A DNA stretch of 63,689 nucleotides, counting the filler, from Collodictyon triciliatum (lineage: Eukaryota): assembly GCA_043381765.1 (NCBI GenBank). It is 6 parts of 6 records of this genome, joined end to end, with 100 filler letters (N's around TTAATTAATTAA, not from the genome) between each part and the next. Parts side by side here need not be neighbours in the genome. Positions count along the whole stretch, not along the records: positions 1 to 22,822 come from JBHJMP010000508.1; positions 22,923 to 30,793 come from JBHJMP010000510.1; 4 more parts are not named here. One strand, written 5' to 3'. Each line of letters starts with the position of its first letter. Position 1 is the first letter of the stretch. The notes beneath the pieces were generated by a model. The model did no database searches and was not told where the DNA came from. It saw only the letters and a program-made list of their open reading frames with translations. Of this stretch, positions 1 to 29,025 are shown in pieces. Both the position numbers and the translations under genes were made by a program.

Positions 1-33
1 GCAGTGCTGTTTGTTTTTATTTTTTTTTTTTTT

Positions 34-102
<69 letters not shown>

Positions 103-209
103 GCAACAGAACGTGTATCAGAAATGGAATTCAAGGAATGCATATGACTTCGGTCTGATATACTATAAAACACGCTTAAGGCTTGCACTGTTTGAGACAA
201 CACACTGAC

Positions 210-672
210 CTGGGGAATAGAGTACCAAGTTTTTTCTTATAGCCTAGTTTCTCACAGAATGTTATATATTGCTTCCACAACTCAAGGTCACGACGGTATC
301 GGGTTAATGCACGCTCGTAGAGAGAGAAAATACGGAAAATACTGGCCACTTCGAGTTTGTCGACTTTTCTATTTGCCAAACGCTCTTCAGTCGCTACAAA
401 TTATACGGTGTCATAATCTTGCCTCGGGTTTTTTCTCCCCCCAAAAAAGAAGCCAAGGTGATTTACAATTGATAGATAACACTGTAAAATTAAACACAAT
501 GACGATTCGACTAATTTCAATACAAACATTTGAGTTGAGAAATCCTCAGTCGCTTGGTCATTTCCAACTGGAACTCATATTGGATGTAAGCTAGAAAGTC
601 TAGTTTTGTTACTGTGTGTCTTATGATGGAGTATTCGTAGCGTTTTCTATTTCGCACAATATCCCTTATCTC
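210..672 (-). CDS. UTP6: U3 snoRNA-associated protein 6, N-terminal exons (partial)
   Basis: Exons 528-672 (EIRDIVRNRKRYEYSIIRHTVTKLDFLAYIQYEFQLE) and 210-393 (IFRIFSLYERALTRYRRDLELWKQYITFCEK) match the UTP6 N-terminus and HAT repeat, with GT-AG boundaries. The start probably lies in the 673-1135 gap. Confidence 0.85.
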
Positions 673-1296
673 NNNNNNNNNNNNNNNNNNNNNNNNNNNN
701 NNNNNNNNNNNNNNNNNNNNNNNNNNNNNNNNNNNNNNNNNNNNNNNNNNNNNNNNNNNNNNNNNNNNNNNNNNNNNNNNNNNNNNNNNNNNNNNNNNNN
801 NNNNNNNNNNNNNNNNNNNNNNNNNNNNNNNNNNNNNNNNNNNNNNNNNNNNNNNNNNNNNNNNNNNNNNNNNNNNNNNNNNNNNNNNNNNNNNNNNNNN
901 NNNNNNNNNNNNNNNNNNNNNNNNNNNNNNNNNNNNNNNNNNNNNNNNNNNNNNNNNNNNNNNNNNNNNNNNNNNNNNNNNNNNNNNNNNNNNNNNNNNN
1001 NNNNNNNNNNNNNNNNNNNNNNNNNNNNNNNNNNNNNNNNNNNNNNNNNNNNNNNNNNNNNNNNNNNNNNNNNNNNNNNNNNNNNNNNNNNNNNNNNNNN
1101 NNNNNNNNNNNNNNNNNNNNNNNNNNNNNNNNNNAAAAAGAAAAAAGAAAAATAGGAAGAAATTTATGTCCAACTATTATAATCAAGTCATTTTATAATT
1201 TTGGATGCAACAAAAGACTTTCGAAAAATAATGCGAATGTCTAAAAGCTCTCGCGCAGTTTAGCACTGGAGGAATTGCGATTATTTACTTTCATTA

Positions 1297-2104
1297 TCAG
1301 AACTGAAAAGAAAGTGGTCTGATTGTTGCGATTTCAAATATGTGAATGAATTTGTAAAACAATACCTTGCATAATTTAAACCATGATTTCGTGATTGCTT
1401 TCATATGTCTGGAGAAATATCAAATCGACCAAGAGAATTTATTTAACAAATATAGTTTAATTTTTCGCCTCATAGGCGTAGTGTCCCATGAAATGAAGGA
1501 AACCTGATTTCGTGAAATGACTGAATATTCAAAACCTGTCATCATGAAAATGCACTTTGGTATTTATTCCATATTAAACAGGTAATTTTAATTTAATTGT
1601 TCATAGAGAGGCAACTCACAGGAACTAAGTGACATCCTCGCTGCATCCGGTCGCGAGACTTTGAAATTTAACAGCTTTGAAAGATGCCAGGGAACGATGA
1701 CAACTTTTGTATTATTTGTTTGTTTGTTTTTTTTTTTAAAAAAAAAAAAAGATTAAATAAAATGAAGCCAAACAAGATACTTTTCAATTGTATGACTTAA
1801 TGGACAAAAAAACCTCGTTGGAGAATATATCCAGGTCTTCGATTCTTTCCCCTTTTTATTCGATTCAAGGAGGTTGTTTTTTTCTATTTGTGTTTTCTTA
1901 CAGTCCAACATAGTTGTTGCGCCTTTGTTGAAACCAGCGGCCCGAGTCGGATAGGGCGCAGGTTGGGTGGATACAGAACCTGAATCCGCGACTCATCACT
2001 TGGCGCCCATGTGGGTCGAGGACATCCACCTCCGTGATAGGGATAAGAACCAGGATATAAAAAGTGGCAAAAGAAAATAAAAATAAAAAACAATATTTCC
2101 ACAT
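1297..2104 (-). CDS. Hypothetical ~141-aa protein with N-terminal hydrophobic anchor
   Basis: Exons 2104-1902, 1851-1814, 1703-1620, 1520-1469 (GC donor), 1408-1366 and 1302-1297 splice into one open frame (MWKYCFLFLFSFATFYILVLIP...KLCKF*). No recognised homology. Confidence 0.35.
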
Positions 2105-2549
2105 CAGGATAAAGATCACCAGATCTAACGCAAATCGAAATCGGATGAAAACAACAACAACCTAGTTGACCCAACAACAAAACGTTGCGGTTTAACACAT
2201 AGACATGGTTTGTATTCCTCACACAAGTCGAAAGAGAGCCATTGAGTGCGTTAATTGATAATTCTGTAAAGCTATGAACGGGTGCATGAAGAGTGGCGAA
2301 TGAGGCTGCGATTTTGAGCGACGCCTTTTTCTTTTCGTAGACGCAGAACAAAGCGAAAAGGAGGTTGCTGGATCAAACAGGCCAAGCACCGAAGAGTCTT
2401 TATGAGCGACCCCAGAAAGCCAGGCTATTCGTTGGTTTTCTAATTGAAAGTCCTTTCAAAAAATAATGCATTCTTCATTAGTGTCATATTTGATATTTTA
2501 GTTATTTGGTTGTTTGGTTGTTTGGTTGTTTGGTTATTCATATTGTTTA

Positions 2550-7304
<4,755 letters not shown>

Positions 7305-7857
7305 TCTCACTTGGCAACTTCATTCATTCTTTGTTATTTTGTTGATAATTTTGTTTAAAAACGTGTAAAATCACATATGTATCTCTGCATTGCCCATCAT
7401 GGCGACTGCAAGTAACATAAACCGGGAGGAATGGAATTATGTAGCTGAATAAATTGAGGCTAAAGCTCATTCCTTTTGCAACTTCTCGATTGATTTCCTT
7501 TGTTTTTTCTCTGTTACTTGAAAACTTCCTCTGCTGGCATTTGTAATTACGTGGCTCTGGCAGAATGCAAGAGCCCGTAAATCTTTTTTTTTTGGAAGTG
7601 CTGGCACATCGTTTGGCACACAACACGTACCCTTAAAAGCAAGGGTACATAAATCAAATAATCATAAAGACGAATAAGCATGCTTGGATTGATTTTTTTT
7701 GGTTGCAGACATGTACATCAGTGTTAATTGAATAGTCGCAAGTTGGCATGGTATCGCTTGGGTCTTTGCTTCGACTATGGGTGGATGGGAAAAAGTCGAA
7801 CCAGATGGTTTGCTCATGCATACAGCCCCTTTAAAACATATCGTAATTGTGTTACAG

Positions 7858-12807
<4,950 letters not shown>

Positions 12808-13340
12808 ATATTATACCCGACATTCGTTTGTGTATCATGTCAATAATAAAGAAAAAAAAGTGTTCTGACAAAGAAAGGACATTATTATTATATATATAAA
12901 AAAAAAGAGATAACAATATACTTGCTTGGATGGCATGCTTTTCTTTGGTAAAACGTGTTGCTTCGATGGTACAATGTTGGTTTGTGTCAGATAATTGTAT
13001 CACAACGCAAGTTTGCTCAGCGCCATTGCATTTGTCCCAAAACAATTATTTCCTCCATTTTATTCTCTTTTAACTCATTTTTCATTTTTCATTTTTCATT
13101 TTTCACTTTTCATTTTTCATTTTTCNNNNNNNNNNNNNNNNNNNNNNNNNNNNNNNNNNNNNNNNNNNNNNNNNNNNNNNNNNNNNNNNNNNNNNNNNNN
13201 NNNNNNNTCATTTTTCATTTTTCATTTTTCATTTTTCATTTTTCATTATCATTTTCATTATCTTTCTCTTCTTCTTTTCTCTTAGGTTCTTTTCTCTCAC
13301 AACTGTACTTTAAATTATGAGTTTCAATTTTATTGACTAG

Positions 13341-16058
13341 TATTTCATAACCAAACGCAATAGCACTAAGAAGCTCTCCTTCGTTCCGACACAAAGCCAC
13401 AAGGTCGATAGCGCAAATCGCTATATCCCTTTTACTTTAACCTTCTCAATTGATATATTACTGCTCATATTTCCGTAGTTAATTCAATATTCAATTATTA
13501 TTATTTTTTTTAAAAAAAAAAAGGACATAATCCGCCAAGTGCTATTCACAAAAGATGGCTCGCAAATGGTCACTTTTGGAGATGATAAACAGGTTGTGTT
13601 CTGGTCTGTTGATCAAGAGAACATATCCTTTTCACCCGTCGCTTCGAGGTTTATATAAATATATCATTTATCGATTGAGTACATTTTCTTGCTTTGTAAT
13701 AATATTTCAACTTTCAATTATATATTTCTAACTTGGCAAATGGTCATTAAGCATTTTATTTTCTAACAAGAAGAAAACCAAATAATCTAGGCCAACACAC
13801 AAGAAGATCAGCAAAGCTATGTTTTACAATGATGAACACTCCAAAATCATGTATTGTGACAAGGGAGGAGATGTCTCTATATTGGATGCTGCAAGCGAAG
13901 AAAAGACTGCCGAAGTAATTGTTGGACACTATGCTGTTCTGACAGACATGGTTAGTTATTGAATTCTGATTTTATACCATTTCAATATACTTTATAGGTT
14001 TGGATAGACCGTAATTCATCAGGTATGAATAGTGCATCACAAAATGTCTTATTTTATGATGAACTTATGACACAATTCCCGACATTCCATCTTTAAGGCC
14101 CTTTCCCAAGACCAAAAGCTGATTGCAACCGCAGATCGAGATGAAAAGATTAAAATTTCCCACTTTCCAAAATGCTTCATCACAAAAGCTTTTTGCCACG
14201 GACACACCCAATATCCTCCTCTATATCTATAGAAGCGATCCACAATTATATAACACACACTTATTTGTAACACCTATAGACTTTTTTATTATTCCTTGAG
14301 TTGGAACTGAAAGAGGACGTATTCCTTAACACGAGACATTTGTGACTAATGTATCTTTTCTGAAATCCCGTCTCATTTCCGCTGCTGGCGATGCCACTCT
14401 GAGAGTTTGGGACCCGCTCACTGGCTCCATGCTTTCTACCTCTAAGTTTACGCAAACTGAGCATGGAAGTGTCAATCTGGAGGTAATGCGTGTGCTGTTT
14501 AAGATTATATCGATTGGGGAACTGAAGCCATATATTTTGCTTTATGAATAGTTGATTATGTCTTTTTTTCTTCAATGAAAAAGAAATAAAAAGGATTTTG
14601 CTGTTCTATTCATCAATAAGCATGTTGTTCTAATTCATTTCAAACTATTAGCTTGTTCCTCGTGAGTTCATCAACGACCAATATATCCACCCAGATAAGT
14701 ATGTGTTCATTTTATCACAAATAATCTTGTAAATTGTTCCGGGGTAGTAAAAATACTACACGACCTCAGAATCGACCAATCAGCGATGGTGATATCCAAA
14801 ATGGTGGTATCAAGCAGCCTTGGGCATGTGATTCTTACCATCGAAGGGTGTGTTTATAAATTTAAAGGATTTTCTATTCTTAGTTATACATAATGAGGAT
14901 TTTTGAAAAATTCATATGAGCAGAGCACGCCCTCAAAAGTCTGAACCATATTTATTTACTTATTTTTCAATTTTTTATTTTTTTATTTTTTATTTTTTAT
15001 TTTTTTATTTTTTATTTTTTTATTTTTTATTTTTTTATTTTTTATTTTTTTATTTTTTTACTTTTTTACTTTTTTACTTTTTTACTTTTTTACTTTTTTA
15101 CTTTTTTACTTTTTTACTTTTTTACTTTTTTACTTTTTTACTTTTTGCATAAGATACTGATGTAGAGATGTATATTCGAAGGCAAAAGGCAGTGTTCTTC
15201 TTCAAATACGACGACTCTGACCCAGTCACTCCTCGTTTCGTCCCAGTACAAGACCCCATTCAAATTCCCTTCGAAGTTCTTGACATCCAGTTCTTCGAGG
15301 TATCGAAACCTTTTCTTTTCTTTTCTTTTCTTTTCTTTTCTTTTCTTTTCTTTTCTTTTCTTTTCTTTTCTTTTCTTTTCTTTTCTTTTCTTTTCTTTTC
15401 TTTTCTTTTCTTTTCTTTTCTTTTTCGAAATCGACTTCCTTTCAGTGTTTTATGCCAACGCACTACAAATCATAATTATTATTATTTACAACGAATCCAC
15501 TTTTAATTTTCATTGCAGGCATATAATTTTTTCTCTCTTCCTTTTCAACATCATTTTAAATACCTTAAAATAATTGTTACAATCATCTTCGTATATATTC
15601 GTCTGGTAATCTCAGAGCGAAGGGCCGCTAAAGAATCAAATCTGGATTACGGGAGGCGCACCATTTTTGCGCGTGATCCAAATGGATTCTTCGAGAGATA
15701 CGCCCACATACACGCTGCTTGAGTCTGACCCAGCCATCACAGAGTTATGTTCCATTCTCGATTCGCAGGGCTCTTATGAAGGTTATCAAATTCTCCATCA
15801 CACTATTTCCCATACATTGTACTAATGTTATTGTTTGCCGGACAAAGACAGCATCTTTCCTGACCCAACCTTCCCCATTTGTTTTCCTGAGCAGACCCAA
15901 ACAAAGCGCAAACAGAGACCGCATTTTCACCCACGTCGATGCGCAAGAAGCATTTGGTCCCGCCGCATCTGTCCCAAGAACGCAAGCGGAAGCAACGCGA
16001 CGGCGAAAAAGGCGCGAGTGCTTCCGACAACGACGGAGAAGAAAACGAGGATGATTAA
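13341..16058 (+). CDS. TRM82: tRNA m7G46 methyltransferase non-catalytic WD40 subunit (TRM82/WDR4)
   Basis: Motifs CDKGGDV, VGHYAVLTDM, ATADRDEKIKISHFP, FCHGHTQFV and LISAAGDATLRVWD, plus an acidic/basic tail. Stop at 16056-16058. First exon possibly at ~12930-13010. Confidence 0.88.
14211..14337 (+). other. U12-type AT-AC intron in TRM82
   Basis: 5' site ATATCCTCC, branch site TTCCTTAAC at 14322-14330, 3' AC at 14336-14337. Removing it restores the conserved GHTQ|FVTN. Confidence 0.9.
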
Positions 16059-16278
16059 GCGCCTCCGTCAAATGGCAGATACACCGGAACCACGAGAAAT
16101 CCACGCACTTTTTTTTTCGTTCCTTTTTTATATTTACTTCGTTTTTTTTTAAAAAAATGTTTGATGAAGTGACTTTGTTTGGTTGCGGACCGAACTGTGT
16201 TTCTTTATTTGCGTCGTCTGGCGCGTTAATCGAATCTCCCGTGGGCTGTGGCGCTCGAAGGGCGCTGTGCACACGCGA

Positions 16279-22708
<6,430 letters not shown>

Positions 22709-22723
22709 TGCTATGCACGGACA

Positions 22724-22822
<99 letters not shown>

Positions 22823-22922
22823 NNNNNNNNNNNNNNNNNNNNNNNNNNNNNNNNNNNNNNNNNNNNTTAATTAATTAANNNNNNNNNNNNNNNNNNNNNN
22901 NNNNNNNNNNNNNNNNNNNNNN
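22823..22922. other. Artificial scaffold spacer
   Basis: N44-TTAATTAATTAA-N44 (stops in all frames); the same spacer occurs five times in the window. Confidence 0.97.
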
Positions 22923-23038
22923 TCTTCTCTTCTCTTCTCTTCTCTTCTCTTCTCTTCTCTTCTCTTCTCTTCTCTTCTCTTCTCTTCTCTTCTCTTCTCT
23001 TCTCTTCTCTTCTCTTCTCATTTTTTATTTCCTGTAGA

Positions 23039-23942
23039 TTCATCAAGTACGGAAACACTATCATCAACTACGGTGCCATCCCGCAGACCTGGGAGGACCC
23101 TGAGGAGAAGCCGGACGGGTTCGACGGTGCGGGCGGCGATAATGACCCAATCGATGTGATTGAAGTAGGCTCTGCTGTTGTTCCCCAAGGTGGCATCACC
23201 GTGGTCAAGCCTGTCGGAGTTCTGGCCCTCTTGGATGAAGGAGAGGTCGACTGGAAGGTACTACTGCACCAGCATTTGCGCAATCAATCCATACTTCTCT
23301 CTCTCTCTCTCTTTCATATTTGGTTCAAACAGGAAACTTACTGCTATGTCCTTTCTTTATGCCTGCGGATATTTTCTATTTTTCTTTCTTTCTTTCTTTT
23401 TTTGACCTTTAAAGAATGCATTCTCCCCCTGACCCACAATTACTACTTAGCTCCTCACCATCAATGCCAATGACCCACTGGCCAGCAAAATCAACGGTTA
23501 GCGATATATTGTCAATATGCTCATATATTTAATTCTACTCTTAGACTTTCTCTGGGCCTTGATGACTGAATTATTATTATTATTATTATTACTCTTGTTT
23601 TTAAATTGCAGATATCCCCGATCTCAATGAGCACATGCCTGGTGTTTTGGAAAATGTCCGCACATGGTATATCGTTTTATAGCTTGACCTTAAAACGCCC
23701 CATTCCATGTATATGTGGACAGACACGTTCTATTTTTTTTTCCGATTTCTCTCCTTTTAGTTAATAATTAATACCATATTGACGATCTTCCTATCTTCGC
23801 CTTTACTATGACTAACCATTCAATTGGCGACATCTCATCAAGGTATCGCGACTATAAGATCCCTGACGGAAAGCCTGCGAACAAATACGGCTTCAATGGG
23901 GAGGCCAAAGGACGTGTAAGATGTTGGATCATTTGGATATCC

Positions 23943-24028
<86 letters not shown>

Positions 24029-24220
24029 CTCGATTGCCACCGGACTACGAATCCAATGGCTTAGCTTGGTACCATCCATGTGGCTCTTAATCAAAAGCAT
24101 TTTGTATTCAATTGTACTTCTACCCTCCAGGACTTTGCTCTCCAGGTCGTTGCTGGTGCCCACCACAGCTGGAAGAAGCTGCTCTCCGGTGCCCCTGGAA
24201 AGTTGTGGACTGGAAAGTAA
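23039..24220 (+). CDS. PPA: Family I soluble inorganic pyrophosphatase (5' partial)
   Basis: Motifs [33 protein letters not shown] and [15 protein letters not shown] over five exons. Stop at 24218-24220. Confidence 0.95.
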
Positions 24221-24490
24221 AAAGAAACCTAGCGCTATCGAGTCTAGATAAAATAAATCTTTCCCTATCCGCAACAGTGCATGCTAGCCTACCCTCTATT
24301 CGAATCAACCAACCATCTCACCGAGATGGGTTATGTATCATTCAGTATTCAATATTGTGATACTGTCATATGTCCCTTAAGAGATGTTGTTTATGCATGT
24401 CAATCTGGGCTTGCGTTTTCTGCAACCAGGCCGGGTCAGTCCATCCCTCTTGATTGCTTATTCACATCGTTTTCTGACTCTGGCATTCAC

Positions 24491-27400
24491 TCACAGATTG
24501 CGGTCGGTGAATAAGAAATACTGAAGCAAGGGAATCACTTGAATCTTTTTTGCATCCTCAAAGGCATCCTTTGGAATTTATCATTATCATTTTTCAAAAA
24601 AAAAAAAAAAAAAAAAAATAATGGGGGGGAGAAAAAGATACATTAGGATTTTTTTTTGATGAGACGGTTGNNNNNNNNNNNNNNNNNNNNNNNNNNNNNN
24701 NNNNNNNNNNNNNNNNNNNNNNNNNNNNNNNNNNNNNNNNNNNNNNNNNNNNNNNNNNNNNNNNNNNNNNGGTGGTGAAAAAAAAAAAAAAAAAAAAAGG
24801 AATGCATTTGAATTTTTTTTATAACAAAAAAAAAACTCTAAATATACATATATATTATTTTTAAAAAAAAAAAAAAAAAAAAAGACAATAATGGCGGCGA
24901 GAAAAAGATACATTAGGATGTTATTGTGATGAGACGGTTGTGAGGTATTGTTCATCGCTTGCTTTGCTGGTACATCAGTCCTAACAAACTCTAACCTTCA
25001 CTTCTGCTTGGGTCGTGCACTTGATAACCGAGCGAGACCGGAAAACGAATAGGGCCACAGCTACCAATGCGAGTACTTCAGGAGAATCGTACCCAATCAT
25101 CCTATCCCACAAGTGGAGAATCTATAGCAGATACAAGATTGAGGACCCATCCGCACAGGAATTGGATGGTGTGTACATATCCTTTGGAGAGACGGACTCT
25201 TACTTGGGAGGGGTGAAAGTATCCCACGAAACAAGAGGAAATCAACGGCATCATTATCGAAAGAGGATGGACACCTAAGTTTACGCAGTGGTGAAATGCG
25301 TGCGGTGCAAGATATTGGGTTAGATCTTCAAATAGTTTTCCAAGAAAGAGCAAGCTGTTTGGCTGGGAGCTTATTGCATGGAGTCTATGGAAATATCTAA
25401 AACGAAACGAAGTTGAATAGCAGTGAGTTAGGGCGGGCTTCGACATCCATGTCTAAGGCATTTTATCGACATGAATCCTTTTTGCGTATCCCCCTCTTGA
25501 TACAATTCAAAGTATCGAACGATTTTGTGTATAAAATCGAATCAGTAACCTGACATACATCTCCCGAAACATAAAATATAGTGTTGTTGCATCTGCCTCG
25601 ATGTAGCATATTGGGAGGCAATACCTCGGGGCGGTACAATATGGAATAACACCATTAGGGGGAAATGCCCCAACAATCCGCCCACCTTAAGGATGTTTTT
25701 TTTAAGAGAAATATACTGCAAAATAAAGACAAAAATTAAATAAATAATCGGTTATTCCTGATAATAGTGATAGTAGAACAGAAAGGAGAAAGGAGAAAGG
25801 AGAAAAACACAAATAATAGGCAAAAATGATTTGTAGCATCATGATTCACCCGCATCCACAGAAACAGGGGCTGAAATAGATAATGGGCAGTCTTGCCAGA
25901 GATTTTTGTCTCTTGTGAAGCAAAGCATGACTTCAATAAGAACATCCTGTAAAGATCATTGCTTTGATACGACTTCGATAGTTTCTGAAACGAAAATTAT
26001 AAGACAAGTTTCTTTTTATATTTCTCTTTCAAAATTTCCTTGAACAGGAATTTCACTTTAATCTGTAATATGAATTTTATTGAACGCACACAAATATTGT
26101 AAAAATCTCCAGTAATTTCCAAATTTTAATTACCTCAAAAACAAAGTAATCGTCATCGTTACATACTTCATGAACATCCATAGTCATTAATGAATCAGAT
26201 AAAATGTCATAATTGGACACCTCATCCCGCAGGGCCCCAAACTTTTGTCTTTGCTAAAAGAGACATTTTATGTCGCATATAATACTCTGATCACAACAGG
26301 AATAAATCACAACAGGAAGAAAAAATAATGAAGGTTTACATCGTCAGACGGTGAGCAACCTAGAGCAATAGACCATATCTGAGAGCGAAGGGCTATCGGG
26401 CACCCTCTTCTAGAGAAATGTTGTGCGAGAGGTTGCGAGCAGTAAGATATCACACGATTGCATAATATCGCCCTCTCCGATTTGTAATTGACTAAATAAT
26501 ATAGTGAGTATAGTGTGAATAAATGTGCAGATAATGGAAAAACAGCAAGCTTAAGTATATGAACTATAAATACTAAAGCTATGTTTGTTGTCAGAACTGT
26601 GAAGGGAAGGCTGGATTGGGCAAAAGAGGATATATAATTTTAATCACTATTTCTCTCATCATCAAGTCCTTGTTGTCTGAATTGCGGGCCTAGCTCTTGG
26701 TATTTTGCTTGCAGTTCTTTATATAATGGAGTTCGTACATCCAATTTGATTAACCCCCATCCAGGAGTAGTAAATCTATAGTAGATAACAAAGCATCAAT
26801 GATAACTTCTTCTTCTTCTTTTTCATCTTCACGGCTGGATTACTCGTTCCATTCTTCACTTATTTAGAAGGTGTGAGGGTTGGTCTTATTGCGTATATGT
26901 GCGCACACGTGAAAAGAAGCTGTATTTAGCATATGTGTATTGGATTATTACTGAGCACGATTTGGGTTTGATAAAGATAACAGAGCTGTCGAAATATCAT
27001 TATAATCATATATCCCTTTCGGTTGGCCCTGGTCTTCAATGTCCATTTTCTGCTTTTCCTTGTCTTCCTCTCCTGTGCCTTTGACCCTCTATGTAAATTA
27101 ATGTCATTATTTGATGCAAAATTTTAATTATATACAAGTTTTGAAATACATACATACATACATACATACATACATACATACATACATACATACATACATA
27201 CATACATACATACATACATACATACATACATACATACATACATACACAAACGTTTTGTTTCAATAAAATAGTTTATTACCTTTTTTATCAAAGGCCTTTT
27301 CATTTTTACCACCAACTTATTAATCCTCTCAAGGCACGCTAGTCTGAATTGATTTTTTGCTGCTGAAATATGGTCTAGTTTTTCTACAGAAATCTCTGCC

Positions 27401-27964
27401 TTCGACAAAGGTGGATCTGCTTGCCTAAATATAGCCAAAATAGTATTAAGTGGGTCTCAATTGTTCGTGATTAGTTTCCAGTATATTCATGTTAAATCTC
27501 CTTGCTCACGTGCCCTCTGTGCTCTCCATGCCCCTGACATAAGTGGCTATCGTATTGTTAACGGCCTGGCGAATTGGATTACCGGCGATGGAGTTTCTGA
27601 GAAGATTGCGCACATGCTCTGGGACATCAGCGTAATTCGGCTCGATCTTGCTAATTTCCTCCTTTTTTATTTTATTTTTTTAAACAGTTTAATCCATAGT
27701 TTATTTGGAAAAACAAGAAGGAGGTTTTTGTTCGATGATATGGTGGGTTTACAAAATATTTATTTTAAATATCACGGGGCGTGCTTGCTAACGAATATTT
27801 GTAACGTGCCAGGTAATATCCAAACTCACAAGCACTGCACCCAGGCTTTTCCAGTATGCCAATTTATTTTCGACCTGACGCACTATTCCACTGACCGGGT
27901 CGAATGAGCCGGCCATTGGATCTTGTAAATGGAGACGATAATAAGCATAAGCATAAGCATAAGC

Positions 27965-28061
<97 letters not shown>

Positions 28062-28568
28062 TAATAATAATGATAATAATAATAATAATACTGATATGAA
28101 TACGAATACGAATAATAAAGAAATAAATCATAGTAATCATAGGAATATGGAGGAAATAATAGACATGCATAGAGAATTGGTCGCATTCATCTCTAGGTAG
28201 GATAACTCATTTTTTCTTAAAAGAAAAATGGTTTCAAGAATATCTAACGAATTATTATTGTAGGATATATATGAAAGGCAAAGGGCAGCTCGAGAGTGTA
28301 AGCCCCAAGAGAAAAAAAATTACTTTGATCTGCGGTGGGCAAGGCAGACAAGGAGGAAGAAAGAGCTATAGATACACGAGCTAGTTCAGCCAATCGATTC
28401 TTAGGGGAGACATAAATCCTGTTGTGAGCAGTTATGTCCATAATATATATATATAGTGGGGTTTGCGTTTTGTCATCAGCAACAAACATTTCTGATCGCG
28501 GCTCATCGGTTGCTCCGACGTCGAGACCAGGAACAGGATGGTCCGCCTGAGAGTCTTGTCCAACGATC
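24491..28568 (-). CDS. TBC1D19: TBC1 domain family member 19
   Basis: [11 protein letters not shown]...[66 protein letters not shown] and [10 protein letters not shown] match TBC1D19 motifs. Start uncertain. Confidence 0.85.
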
Positions 28569-29025
28569 TAAGTGAGGATACACAAAAGACTACACTGATG
28601 AAAAGAAAGAGGGAAAAAAGGAGGGTGACCAGCACAAAGTTAAACGCTTTTGCAAAAGTGCGAAGAAGAAAAATGTCAAAGGTATAAGCCACAAAGAACT
28701 AGTGCAATATATCAGTGGCGACTCGTCCGTCGCATGCTTGCTGAAGCATTATGCAAACGAGGAAACAGCGAGTGGGACAAACCATTCGTGAAAGAAAGTA
28801 AAGAAACATACATACATATATCATACATACATACATACATACATACATACATACATACATACATACATAGGGAAAACTTCTGTGAAAGTAAAAAAGCAAA
28901 AGCAAAAACAAAATGAAAAAAAAAGGGTGAAAACGATACGGTTAGGAAGGTAAATAAGGAGGTATCGACTTGTATATAAGGTATATTTTGCATGCTGGAC
29001 CCGAAAGATATGAGTTCTTTCTCAT

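Noticed and set aside
24587-24945. Direct repeat GAAAAAGATACATTAGGAT...GATGAGACGGTTG flanking a gap (similar case at ~5270-5600)
   Set aside because: The same sequence assembled on both sides of a 100-N gap; unmerged overlapping contig ends.
26620-26640. ATATCCTCTT on the minus strand as a second U12 donor
   Set aside because: The TBC1D19 frame is restored by a nearby ordinary GT donor, and no U12 branch site follows.
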